Shown: positions 30,802 through 41,132 of the stretch, piece by piece
How the letters are laid out: each line of letters begins with the position of its first letter
Position numbering within the stretch: position 1 is the stretch's first letter
Source: an uncultured Bacteroidales bacterium
GTDB lineage: Bacteria > Bacteroidota > Bacteroidia > Bacteroidales > UBA4417
DNA: 64,000 nt
Direction: 5' to 3'
NCBI GenBank assembly: GCA_963802185.1
Contig: CAWDHU010000015.1
Span: 657,781 to 721,780, forward strand
Made by a program: the position numbers and the translations under genes
The notes under the pieces: generated by a model
What the model was told of the DNA's origin: nothing
Database searches by the model: none
Seen by the model: only the letters and a program-made list of their open reading frames with translations

Positions 30802-31731
30802 ATGGAAATGATGAAAGCAATTATTTGCACCAAATACGGACCACCTGAAGTACTTCAGGTAAAAGAAGTCGCGAAACCATTGCCAAAGCACAATGAAGTG
30901 CTGGTAGAAATAGTTGCAACTTCAGTAACAGCAAGTGATTGTATTATCAGGGGTTTCAAATTGCCTGTTAAAATGTGGATTCCTGCACGTTTGGCTTTGG
31001 GTTTAACAAAACCAAGAAAACCTATTTTAGGACTTGTATTCTCTGGAGTGGTTGAAAAAGTTGGTGTGAGTGTAACTCAATTTAAAAAGGGCGATAAAGT
31101 GTTTGCCCATACATTATTTCAATTCGGCGCTTACGCTGAATATATATGTGTTGCCGCGACCAGCGCAATTGCCCTGATGCCTTCCAATACATCATTTGAA
31201 GAAGCAGCCGCAATTCCTTTTGGCGGAACTTTAGCCTTATATTATCTGGAAAAAGCAAATATTCAGAAAGGGCAGAAAGTTCTGATTTATGGGGCTTCGG
31301 GAGCAACAGGCACTTCAGCAGTACAGCTTGCCAGGCATTTTGGCGCAGAAGTCACAGGTGTGTGCAGCACAGCTATTCTGGAATTAGTCAGATCCTTAGG
31401 TGCTGATACAGTAATTGACTACACAAAGGAGGATTTTACAGACTCCGGAAAGCATTATGATTTAATATTTGATGCCGTCGGAAAGAAAAAGAGTTCACAT
31501 TTGCTTTATAAAAAAGCCTTAAATCCCAATGGGAAATTCTTATCAGTTGATGATGATAGTCCCGGGAAACAGGCGGTTTGTAAGGCTAATCTGAATATCC
31601 TCAAAAAACTTACTGAGAATGGCATATTAAAACCTGTTGTAGGCAGAATTTATCCATTGGATCAAACAAAAGAGGCTCATAGGTATGTTGACAAAGGTCA
31701 TAAAAAAGGGAATGTAATTATTACTATTTAG
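30802..31731 (+). CDS. NAD(P)H-dependent quinone oxidoreductase / zinc-type alcohol dehydrogenase-like (MDR family)
   Basis: MKAIICTKYGPPEVLQ, nucleotide-binding LIYGASGATGTSAVQLA, and a C-terminal [19 protein letters not shown]. Confidence 0.85.
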   Translation: MEMMKAIICTKYGPPEVLQVKEVAKPLPKHNEVLVEIVATSVTASDCIIRGFKLPVKMWIPARLALGLTKPRKPILGLVFSGVVEKVGVSVTQFKKGDKVFAHTLFQFGAYAEYICVAATSAIALMPSNTSFEEAAAIPFGGTLALYYLEKANIQKGQKVLIYGASGATGTSAVQLARHFGAEVTGVCSTAILELVRSLGADTVIDYTKEDFTDSGKHYDLIFDAVGKKKSSHLLYKKALNPNGKFLSVDDDSPGKQAVCKANLNILKKLTENGILKPVVGRIYPLDQTKEAHRYVDKGHKKGNVIITI

Positions 31732-31741
31732 TTTAAAAAGC

Positions 31742-32374
31742 ATGAAATCAACAAAAAAAATTGCAATAATTGTCGGGCTACTATTTTTAGTTTCGACATT
31801 AACGTTTATGATAGGAAGTAACCTGATACAATCTTTTTTAATTGATAAAGCTCAAAATAAATCCCCATTAATTACGGGTGTTATTCTTGAAATCATTTGT
31901 GGAGTTGCTATTTTTGGCATTGGAGTTTTGATGTTTCCGATATTAAAACTGTTTAACAAAAGATTAGCTCTTGGATATGTTGTTTTCAGGGTTATTGAGT
32001 GCACAATTATAATTGTTGGGGGCATTTACTTATTATCTCTGTTAAAATTAATGTGGAAGTACGAAATGATAATTTTTGTTTTCACCGCATTAGGCGGGCT
32101 TATGTTTTCATATTTACTATTTCAGTCAAAACTTATTCCACGATATTTTTCTGGACTTGGAATAATAGGGTATGTAATATTATTGCTCGGAGTTATGTTG
32201 GATATGTTTAACATTTTTAATATTAACGATGGTGCAGGTATGCTTATATATCTTCCAGGTGGATTATTTGAATTATTTCTTCCGATATGGCTTTTTATAA
32301 AAGGTTTTAATTCATCAGCAATCGTTTCAGTGTACGACAAAACATACAGACAATCAAACCTTAATGTGAGATAA
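31742..32374 (+). CDS. DUF4386-like membrane protein
   Basis: 210 aa with 5-6 TM segments and the composition of that family. It is sandwiched between two MDR oxidoreductase paralogs. Confidence 0.45.
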   Translation: MKSTKKIAIIVGLLFLVSTLTFMIGSNLIQSFLIDKAQNKSPLITGVILEIICGVAIFGIGVLMFPILKLFNKRLALGYVVFRVIECTIIIVGGIYLLSLLKLMWKYEMIIFVFTALGGLMFSYLLFQSKLIPRYFSGLGIIGYVILLLGVMLDMFNIFNINDGAGMLIYLPGGLFELFLPIWLFIKGFNSSAIVSVYDKTYRQSNLNVR

Positions 32375-32375
32375 T

Positions 32376-33318
32376 ATGCAAAAGATGAAAGCAGTTATTT
32401 GCACCAAATACGGACCACCGGAAGTCCTGCATTTAAGAGAAGTTGAAAAACCTGTTCCAAAAGATAATGAAGTACTGATAAAAGTAATTGCAACAACAGT
32501 ACACATTGGCGACACTAAGATCCGGCGATTAGAGCCCGGTATGGGACCCGTCAAAGATTTCTTTTTCAAGCCCATGATGCGGTTCATGTTGGGTTTCAAA
32601 GGACCAAGAAATAAAATACTTGGAATGGAACTGGCCGGAGACGTGGAAGAAGTAGGCAAAGACGTAACGCAGTTTAAGCCAGGCGATCCCGTTTTTGCAT
32701 CCACTGAATTCAGAATGGGAGCGTATGTCGAGTATTGCTGTATTCCTGAAAACGGGATTCTTGGCAATAAAACCAACCAACATGACTTACGAGGAAGCCG
32801 CACCGGTTTCCAATGGTGGATTAACAGCCTTGATAAGTCTTCGGAAAGCAAATATTCAGAAGGGGCAAAAGGTACTGATCTATGGTGCTTCCGGTAGTGT
32901 TGGTACTTATGCAGTGCAGATTGCCAAACACTTTGGGGCAGAGGTTACAGGAGTATGCAGCACTGCGAATCTGGAAATGGTTAAATCCCTTGGTGCCGAT
33001 AAGCTTATCGATTACACCCGGGAAGATTTTACACAAAGCAGTGATACTTATGACGTTATTTTTGATGCTGTAGCCAAGATTGCATCTTCAAAACGTAAGA
33101 AAGCTTTGAAAAAGTCTGGAATCTATCTAAGCGCTCATGATTTGTCAGGCAATATAAAGCTAAAGGTTAAAGACCTGATTTATCTCAAAGAACTCTGCGA
33201 GGCTGGAAAGCTAAAAACAGTCATTGACAAACGCTACCCAATGGAGCAGATAGTTGAGGCTCACAGGTATGTTGACAAAGGACACAAAAAAGGAAATGTT
33301 GTGATCACAATAGAATAA
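32376..33318 (+). pseudogene. Second MDR quinone oxidoreductase paralog, frameshift near 32760-32766
   Basis: ORF 32376..32897 (N-terminal half) and ORF 32695..33318 (C-terminal half, [17 protein letters not shown]...[20 protein letters not shown]) align end to end with 30802..31731. Confidence 0.8.
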
Positions 33319-33444
33319 TTATAAAAATGAAACGAAAGCAAAAAAAATATTGATTGTAATTCTTGGATTGATAGTCATTCCAATAGTAGGATTTAAAATT
33401 TGCTTTGAAATTAGTAATGCTGTCTATAATAAAAAATTAAACAT

Positions 33445-34284
33445 ATGGTTGACAACAATGAATTAGCAGTTCAGATTGAGAGTTCAATTGAAAACAAAAC
33501 TCTGAAAATGAATGGATATGAAATCCATTACAATGTATCAGGAAAGGAGAATAATGATCTGATTGTATTTTTACATCCTGCTTTTTCTGACCATCGGGCA
33601 TTTGATCAACAAATTGATTACTTCTCAAAAGATTATAGAGTTATTACCATTGATTTAATAGGACACGGATTATCAAAAGCAAATAAATCAAAAGATAAAA
33701 TTGATGCATCTTCAGAACACATTCGTAAAATTCTTGATTTTGAAGGGAATGATAGAGCACATCTTGTTGGAGTTTCGATGGGTTCACTAATTGCACAATA
33801 TTTTGCACTTCAATACCCTGATAAAGTAAAATCTTTAACAGCATTAGGAGGTTATGAAATAAACAAAGAAAATAAGGAAGTTGAAAAAAAACAGAGGGCT
33901 TCAAATTTGGGTTTGTTATTCAGGGCGGTGTTTTCAATGAAATCATTTAGAAAGAAAACTGCAGAAATAACGTGCATAACAAAAAAAGGACAAGCCTTAT
34001 TTTATGAAACTTCCAGCTTTTATGAAAGAAAATCATTTATGGTTATGCAGGGACTTCAAAATGTTATTAAAGACAGAAAGAATATCAAACCAAAATATCC
34101 AACATTGATAGTAACAGCTGAATTTGATATAGAATTAGCAAAGAAACTGGCAAAAGAGTGGCATACAAATTCGGAAAATAGTGAATATTTTATGATTAAA
34201 AATGCCGGGCATTGCGCTAATTTGGATAAACCATCAGAATTCAATAGACTCGTAAAGGAGTTTATAGATAGATCTAATAAATAA
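33445..34284 (+). CDS. Alpha/beta-fold hydrolase
   Basis: HPAFSDHRAF oxyanion region, nucleophile elbow LVGVSMGS, and a C-terminal AGHCANLDKP (catalytic His). Confidence 0.8.
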   Translation: MVDNNELAVQIESSIENKTLKMNGYEIHYNVSGKENNDLIVFLHPAFSDHRAFDQQIDYFSKDYRVITIDLIGHGLSKANKSKDKIDASSEHIRKILDFEGNDRAHLVGVSMGSLIAQYFALQYPDKVKSLTALGGYEINKENKEVEKKQRASNLGLLFRAVFSMKSFRKKTAEITCITKKGQALFYETSSFYERKSFMVMQGLQNVIKDRKNIKPKYPTLIVTAEFDIELAKKLAKEWHTNSENSEYFMIKNAGHCANLDKPSEFNRLVKEFIDRSNK

Positions 34285-34348
34285 CTACGCCTGATAAGTA
34301 AGTCTATAAAAAATCTGGATGATATTTTAAACTTAACAAAAGGTAATT

Positions 34349-35836
34349 ATGAAAAAGAAAGTATTAATAATCGGTGGTGGAGTTGCCGGCTTATCAGCCG
34401 GGATTTATTCCGCGATGAATGGTTTTGATACCGAAATTATTGAATTGCACAATGTAGCCGGTGGACAATGTACGGCATGGGAACGCAAAAAGTATCGTTT
34501 CGATTATTGTCTGCATTGGCTGGTAGGTACTTCGAAAGGCGCTTTTCATGAAATATGGAAAGAAACCAATGTTATTAATAACGAAACCGAGATAATTGAC
34601 CACGAAGTACATTCTCAGCTATTTGATAAAGACAGGAATAAATTAATTATATATACAAATATCGACCGTTGGGAAAAATACCTTCTCGAAATGGCACCTG
34701 AAGATAAAAAAGCTATCCAAAGAATGTGCAACGATATGCGTAAAAGCGGTTTATTAGAACCTTTTGCGTTACCACCCGAACTTCGTAATCCGCTCGACTA
34801 TATCAGGATAATTCCAACGATGCTTCCAATTCTTATACTGGTTAAAAAATTCGGAAGGTTAACCTGTAAAGAGTATTTTGACAAACTTGACTTTAAAACT
34901 GAAAAAATAAAATCGTTTTTTGATGAATTCTACGGCGAAAGAAATTATTCCGCATTGGGTTTTATTTTTATGCTTGCTTGGTTTAATCAAAAAAATGCGG
35001 GCTATATAAAAGGTGGTTCTTATCCATTGGCTCAGCGAATGGTCGAAAAATTCGAAAGACTTGGCGGTAGAATTTCATACAACAAGAGAGTTGAAAAAAT
35101 CAGTGTTGAAAAGAACATGGCTAAAGGTGTGATTTTAACTGATGGAACAAAGATTTCATCCGATTATGTAATCAGCACTGCCGACGGTTATACTACCATC
35201 TATAAAATGCTGGAAGGAAAATACATTTCTAAAAAAATCGATTTTGCCTACAAAAACTGGGAATTATTTACACCGCTTGTCCAGGTTTCGTTCGGAATTA
35301 ATAAAGTGGTTGAATATGCATCTCCGATTACTATAAATATTTCAAAAGATCTGAAAATAGGAAGAACCCAATTGGAATACGGCTATTCGATAATGAATTA
35401 TTCGTACGACACAACCATGGCGCCCGAAGGAAAAACTTCAATTGTTATGCGCTACGACAGCCCCTGGAAACTTTGGGAAAATTTGGAAGGAGATGAATAT
35501 AAAAATGAAAAACTTCAGATAGAAAAAGATGCCACCGGATTTTTGGAATTAGAATATCCGGGTATTACTCAATATATTGAAGTAATTGATGTAGCAACAC
35601 CTAAAACCGATGTTCGTTATACAGGAGTAAAAGATGGTGCTTACGAAGGGTTTATGCCTTCGAAGGAAAATATGATGAAATCGCTGGATATGCAGCTTCC
35701 TAAACTTAAAAATTTCCTGATGGCAGGACAATGGCTATTCCCGGGCGGCGGATTACCTCCATCAGCACAAACAGGTAAATGGTCAGTTCAATTGATTTGT
35801 AAAAAAGAGAAACAAAAATTTATCTCTGACAAATAA
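34349..35836 (+). CDS. FAD-dependent oxidoreductase of the phytoene-desaturase (CrtI-like) family
   Basis: N-terminal dinucleotide fold VLIIGGGVAGLSAG...E...GGQC. 495 aa with family-typical length and C-terminus. Confidence 0.75.
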   Translation: MKKKVLIIGGGVAGLSAGIYSAMNGFDTEIIELHNVAGGQCTAWERKKYRFDYCLHWLVGTSKGAFHEIWKETNVINNETEIIDHEVHSQLFDKDRNKLIIYTNIDRWEKYLLEMAPEDKKAIQRMCNDMRKSGLLEPFALPPELRNPLDYIRIIPTMLPILILVKKFGRLTCKEYFDKLDFKTEKIKSFFDEFYGERNYSALGFIFMLAWFNQKNAGYIKGGSYPLAQRMVEKFERLGGRISYNKRVEKISVEKNMAKGVILTDGTKISSDYVISTADGYTTIYKMLEGKYISKKIDFAYKNWELFTPLVQVSFGINKVVEYASPITINISKDLKIGRTQLEYGYSIMNYSYDTTMAPEGKTSIVMRYDSPWKLWENLEGDEYKNEKLQIEKDATGFLELEYPGITQYIEVIDVATPKTDVRYTGVKDGAYEGFMPSKENMMKSLDMQLPKLKNFLMAGQWLFPGGGLPPSAQTGKWSVQLICKKEKQKFISDK

Positions 35837-35873
35837 GAAAAAATGAAAAAATCATCCATTAAACATAATTGAT

Positions 35874-36840
35874 ATGAAACGACAAATTATTCTGACAACA
35901 TTGCTAATTTCTCTTTTCATTAGCGCAAAGGCCCAAACTGATTCTGCAATAGATAGTTTATTAAACCAGTATGTTTTATCATCGGCAAATCCAAATGCCG
36001 GAGATATTGGCAGGTGTAATTGATTGTAATACTGGTATTTTAAAAACCTTTTCAAACGGAGCAATTGACAAGGGAAATGATTTACGCCTGGTCTGTCCGG
36101 GTTCGAAACCTGCAATCAGCTATCTGATTTTGAAAAACGGGTTAAATATTCAATCTACGATTGATAAATGGTTTCCACTGGATCGAGGCTATAAAATGTC
36201 TGACAAAATCACTATTAAAATGCTACTGTCGAATACCAGTGGGATCAATGATTATGTTGCATTGTTATTCAATTGCAAGCGAGTCGGCAATGCTCAGTTA
36301 ACCATTGATACAGCTTACAAAAACAAAGAATTGGCATTTAATCCGGGGGAATCTGTTCTGTATTCAAACACGGGTTTTAATATGGCCGGGATTATTTTAG
36401 AAAAGGAAACCGGGAAAACTGTCGATAAATTATTATCCGAACAGTTTAAAGGAATTTCACCTTCCATACGAATGGATGATGGGAATGGGAATTATCCAAA
36501 AGGATACATGCCCTGGCCTTATCATTATAGCTTATCCTCTTATTCCGGTGGTATGATCGGGACAATTGAAGATTATTTAAGAATGATGGCTTATATAAGT
36601 GAACAACCCGAATTTAAAATAATGAAAGATTGGGTTAAGGTTGTAAATGGATGGGGGCATGGTCTTGGGATTGAAGGTGAAGGGAATAAAGTTATTTATC
36701 CGGGTAATTCCGGCGCAAACTTGTCCTGGTTAGTCATGGTTGATTCGAAGATTATCTATGTTCATACAGCAAATGAATTAGATTATATAAAGTTCCAGGG
36801 ATTGCTGGATAATGTGATTCCATTACTTACTAAACTTTAA
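35874..36840 (+). pseudogene. Serine hydrolase / beta-lactamase-family protein, frameshift near 36000
   Basis: The signal-peptide ORF from ATG 35874 (MKRQIILTTLLISLFISAKAQ...) stops at 36023. The body continues in ORF 35971..36840 (ILAGVID..., LLSNTSGI, YSNTGFNMAGIILE). Confidence 0.6.
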
Positions 36841-37453
36841 TAAACACGCAGGTAACAGTATATTTATTTTAATTGGATTGATGAAGCGTTTGGCAGGTTC
36901 ACTACTTTTTGTTAAACTTTTCAAACATGTGGCAAATCAAGTTTCAAACTCCCAAACACAACAAATACGCAAATCATTGGGTACAATTATACTGAACGGC
37001 ACAAACGGTAAGAATAAAATTTAGTTGTTGGTTTCAAATTGACCGCAGATGAAAGATAAGCGCTCTTATCTTCCAATCACCAATCTGGTTTCTATAACCG
37101 AGTGGGTTAGGCGAAAATACATTTGCTAAAAAAAACCGCGCTTGGAATCACCCAGGCGTTCCATTTTTACAATACCGGCTCGCGGGTACCAGATTTTAAT
37201 TAAGAATACACCTCAAATTAATATCAGTTTATTAAAACAATTTCTGAGGACTCCACCAAAGTAAAATTGATATGAGAAAGCACTGTATTGAAAAAATATG
37301 GTGCTTTTTCTATAAAACACTCGCTTTTCTGTCATAGATACTATCACTAATTCAGGTTGAATTAGTAAGTTTGCAGATAAATAACAAGCAATTATACATT
37401 ACGTCCATCGGAAGGTTCGCACCGTAAGTGTATAAGTTATTATTGATATAGTT

Positions 37454-38110
37454 ATGCAGAATATAAAAATGTATACTAAGCGGGAAGAAAAGGCTAATTA
37501 CCTGACTCATTTCGTCGGAGTGTTGATGGCATTAGCAGCTATAGTCGTATTATTAAATAAATCAATTGTAGCCGGGAATGTGTGGGCAACTGTTGCATAT
37601 TCTATATATGGATTTGGTATGCTGGCTTGTATGTTGTCGTCCACAATATACCACTATGCCAGGGAACCAAAACGAAAGGCTGTTTTACGTCATTTCGATC
37701 ATGCGAGCATTTATGTGCTTATTGCATCTACCTATTCGCCTTTCACCCTGATATTGTTACGAAACGAAGGCCTGTGGGGCTGGGGGCTTTTTGTCCTGAT
37801 CTGGCTGACAGCACTTATAGGTATAGGGTTTAGCTTAGGTACTCTCAAAGCAAACAGTAACCTTAAAACAGCTTCATACGTAATTATGGGTTCGGCTGTA
37901 TTAATCGCTATCAAACCCTTTATTGACGTTGCCCGGGCAGAAGATTGCCTTGCCGTTTTGTATTGGCTGGGAGCCGGCGGAGTATTTTATATTACAGGTG
38001 CCTTCTTCTATGCTTTAGCAAAACGCGAATTTGTACACACAGTATTCCACGTGTTTGTGCTTATGGGTTTGGTAAGTCATATTGTTGCAGTTTTCCTGAT
38101 TCCGCTATAA
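37454..38110 (+). CDS. Hemolysin III / PAQR-family membrane protein
   Basis: 7-TM protein with the N-terminal EEKANYLTH motif, HFDHASIYVLIA, and a C-terminal HVFVLMG. The alternative start ATG 37469 is possible. Confidence 0.85.
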   Translation: MQNIKMYTKREEKANYLTHFVGVLMALAAIVVLLNKSIVAGNVWATVAYSIYGFGMLACMLSSTIYHYAREPKRKAVLRHFDHASIYVLIASTYSPFTLILLRNEGLWGWGLFVLIWLTALIGIGFSLGTLKANSNLKTASYVIMGSAVLIAIKPFIDVARAEDCLAVLYWLGAGGVFYITGAFFYALAKREFVHTVFHVFVLMGLVSHIVAVFLIPL

Positions 38111-38193
38111 GTAACTCTTTTCATTATTATTAAAAGATTATCTGACGCGCCAGCCTTTAAGAATAGTTTCTGATTTTTCTGGAGTATTGATTA

Positions 38194-38829
38194 TTACTTA
38201 TTTGCTGGTTTGGAAGACATCGCCCGATCCCGTAACAAACTAATTGTATTCAACGGCATTTGAGTGACAAGCATGTTGTATAGCCAGGGTGGCACATTTC
38301 CTCCCAGGTATACATACCCTTGGAGTACAACATGCATCTTACTATTATCTATAGGTTGAACTGACCATTTTTGCCAGTATCTATTAATACGAACTAATCC
38401 AGGATTTTCAGGCATTTTATTTAGTATTGGTTTTGACGTAACAGTATAAATATGGGCAGCTGAATCCATTTTTATCATTGATTCCACTACCAGGTCGCGA
38501 TCCGTAACCGGCCACGGCATATTATAGATAAAATAATATTGGATGAACTTCTGATCTTCATGTTCAAGAATTTCAATTTTAGTAAAGTCCTCTCCCCACC
38601 AGTCAAAATTCTTGGCTGTACCTAACAAAGTGCATACTTTCTCCATTGGGGCATTAATATTAGCTTCACCTTTATATGATTTCAGAGGGCTGTTATTTTC
38701 TACTCTTGTGTAGATTCGTATCCCATCTTGTTCTTTAACGAAAGTCCATGGCTGCGCATTAAGACTGTTAACAAAAAACTGTGTTATTACAGATAGGAAG
38801 ATGCTGGGCAGAAAAACAAAGGATTTCAT
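38194..38829 (-). CDS. Secreted START/SRPBCC-like lipid-binding domain protein
   Basis: Signal peptide, then W-x-x-V-K-E-x-D-G-I-x-I-Y-x-R... and the later motifs WPVTDRD and NRYWQKW that are typical of START-like domains. Confidence 0.5.
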   Translation of the reverse strand: MKSFVFLPSIFLSVITQFFVNSLNAQPWTFVKEQDGIRIYTRVENNSPLKSYKGEANINAPMEKVCTLLGTAKNFDWWGEDFTKIEILEHEDQKFIQYYFIYNMPWPVTDRDLVVESMIKMDSAAHIYTVTSKPILNKMPENPGLVRINRYWQKWSVQPIDNSKMHVVLQGYVYLGGNVPPWLYNMLVTQMPLNTISLLRDRAMSSKPANK

Positions 38830-38994
38830 TTTGTAATCGACTTAAACATAATTGGACGAATTATTTTCAGTAAATAGAAAGAAGCAGACCTGACAGGAAT
38901 TATTTTATTTAAATAACTTCTCCGTACCACAGGTAAAGTACTTTAAAAACACCCCTGATAATCAAAATACACATCTTTTTTGTGTAGGTCATAT

Positions 38995-39108
38995 TTACGC
39001 CGGAGCCAAACAGGGCTTTACCTTTTGCTCTATTTCAGAAGCAATTTTTCCAGTTTTTCCACAGCCTGCAGTAGGGTTAACCACCATATGCATATTGTTG
39101 TTATTCAT
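38995..39108 (-). pseudogene. 37-codon relic resembling the N-terminus of a DAGK/YegS-type lipid kinase
   Basis: MNNNNMHMVVNPTAGCGKTGKIASEIEQKV matches the (I/V)(I/V)NPxAGxGK signature. The ORF stops after 37 aa. Confidence 0.3.
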
Positions 39109-39127
39109 GATGTTAGATTATAGAGTT

Positions 39128-39895
39128 CTATTTTAAGGGAATGCTACTAATCAACAAGTTCTTTACTTCAGGTACGCTATCTGATGATGCTGTGTGGTGC
39201 CAGAGACAAATAATTTCACTCAGTTTTAAACCATATGTATTTGAATATGCCCGATATTGGGGAGTGAGATCAGTGCAACTCTGGCAATAAGCTGTTCCGG
39301 CATAAAGTTGACGGGCAAGCTGATGTTCAATGGCAACATTGTCAGTATACCTTTCAACGTTGTACACATACTTTTTAGATAAAAGATATTTGAGGGCAAA
39401 TTTCATGGTTTGAGCATTATTCATTTGATCATATGTAAGCATATGAGCCACCTCGTGAGCAATGAATCCTATTCGGACATCTTCCGATAATTCAGCAATG
39501 GGCAAACCTTTTTCTTTTCCCGTATTGTTGTTGATGATAATCCGGTATGTACGGTTTTCCTTTCTCATAAATAAGTTCCGAAAGCATGGCCTGGAATTCA
39601 TGGTCTGTTTTATTGAAGTGTAATAAACTTTAATTTTCTTGCCTTGAAGTTCCGGGTAATAGGATAATACAAACTGAACATCCGTCAAGAGATCCGGATA
39701 TTTTTCAGATGAAGACCCAACCTGGCATAAAAGCGGTAACCGGCCGCCGGAAACTGTTTCTAAACTTAAGGATTCCTGAAAAAACAACAATGAATCGTTC
39801 GGTGAGTATCCTTTGCAGTAAAATGTTTTTTCAAAATCGGGTTGGGCTAAAGTGCTATTAAACAGCAGAATAAATAAGCTTGAAAATATTAGCAT
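39128..39895 (-). CDS. Secreted HExxH protein (putative metallopeptidase), unknown family
   Basis: Signal peptide from ATG 39895 (MLIFSSLFILLFNSTLAQ). Motif IGFIAHEVAHMLTY. Confidence 0.45.
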   Translation of the reverse strand: MLIFSSLFILLFNSTLAQPDFEKTFYCKGYSPNDSLLFFQESLSLETVSGGRLPLLCQVGSSSEKYPDLLTDVQFVLSYYPELQGKKIKVYYTSIKQTMNSRPCFRNLFMRKENRTYRIIINNNTGKEKGLPIAELSEDVRIGFIAHEVAHMLTYDQMNNAQTMKFALKYLLSKKYVYNVERYTDNVAIEHQLARQLYAGTAYCQSCTDLTPQYRAYSNTYGLKLSEIICLWHHTASSDSVPEVKNLLISSIPLK

Positions 39896-40114
39896 GATCT
39901 TAATGGGAAGGACGGGCCTGGATTCGATCGCTTCCGGGAAGCTGAGATTTATATGGCGGACTGACATAACAATAGCTGTATTAAATTTTAACACCAGACA
40001 AACTATAATGAAACTAAACGGATTGAGGGAAAGGCCGTGAATTTTTCTCACATGCGTGAGAGGCCTTGATCAGAAAGAAAACTTGCTCAGATTAAGTCTG
40101 ATGCAGGTAGATTC

Positions 40115-40837
40115 TTATTTACACTTCTGATCATACACAAAAACATGAGCTGCTACATCGCTCCATTTTATTTTATCTCCCTGGTAGTAAGCGATCATTT
40201 CAGGACAATCACCATTAAGCTCCTTAAAATCCTTTTTATAATCACCTTTTGTAACTTTTACTGCTTTTTGATCTCCTTTTACACAAAAATATGATTTATC
40301 CATACCACCGGTAACGTTGATCATTCCAACACTTAAACCCATGGTTTTATTGCCATCATCACAGGCATATACTTTTATTTTACTGTCAAAACCAGGATTT
40401 AGCAGCTGAAAGAGAATGGATTTATCTGATTTCTTTGCTGATTGAGCTGTTTCGAAGATTATATATTCCCGATTTATAATTTCCTCGAAGTTAGTATTTG
40501 TCGCTTCTTTTATGGATGAACCAGAAGAAGTTACCAAGGTTATTTTTGCCAGATCAAAGGCCTTTATTTTCACTAAAACACACTCTTCAGGTTTAAACTT
40601 AACTTTATCTCCATTTTCCAGTTTTATAGTTAGTTTAGTCAATCCACTGCTTCCGCCGGAAGCTCCTGATAGTGTGCCGGTTATCACTTCACCGGATGCC
40701 AAGGTTACGATGCATTCATTGCCATATAAAGTGGAGAATCCTTCACCTTCTATTTCTTTTATGAATTCCTGGTCGAAAACAAATTTGGTTCCCAGTACTG
40801 CCAGGATAATACTGCAAAATACTAAAATTCTTTTCAT
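40115..40837 (-). CDS. Secreted hypothetical protein
   Basis: Signal peptide from ATG 40837 (MKRILVFCSIILAVLG). Beta-rich, K/G-rich sequence with no recognisable motif. Confidence 0.4.
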   Translation of the reverse strand: MKRILVFCSIILAVLGTKFVFDQEFIKEIEGEGFSTLYGNECIVTLASGEVITGTLSGASGGSSGLTKLTIKLENGDKVKFKPEECVLVKIKAFDLAKITLVTSSGSSIKEATNTNFEEIINREYIIFETAQSAKKSDKSILFQLLNPGFDSKIKVYACDDGNKTMGLSVGMINVTGGMDKSYFCVKGDQKAVKVTKGDYKKDFKELNGDCPEMIAYYQGDKIKWSDVAAHVFVYDQKCK

Positions 40838-41132
40838 GACTTTAAAGGTTTTAAAATAAGGCAATGGGTTAATTAGATTTATTTTTTTAAGCCATTTATT
40901 GAAATCTTCAAATCATTCTGGTTAGATAAAAGGGTCTTAATTGTGAGAGAATTTTTGTTTTGAATGCAAGCTGATATTTTTTCATTTTTATTTGATTCTG
41001 ATACATCTTGTGAAAAGTAGCAATGCAGTTTTGAATTTAAACTACAATGATGGATAGCGAGTATTAATTATTCTGCTTTATTTACGATGATTAGAGTTGT
41101 TAAAGAACTCAATGAGCAAGGATTATAGTGAA

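Noticed and set aside
32354-32851. 165-aa minus-strand ORF (also 32529..32783)
   Set aside because: It is antisense to the second quinone-oxidoreductase paralog, whose plus-strand homology to 30802..31731 explains the region.
37395-37425. tccatcggaaggttcgcaccg as an SRP (4.5S) RNA domain IV motif
   Set aside because: Only the ggaagg core resembles GGAAGGAAGCAGC. The flanking helices and the symmetric-loop partner are absent.
40512-40859. 115-aa plus-strand ORF
   Set aside because: It is antisense to the better-supported secreted protein 40115..40837 and has no start context or motifs.
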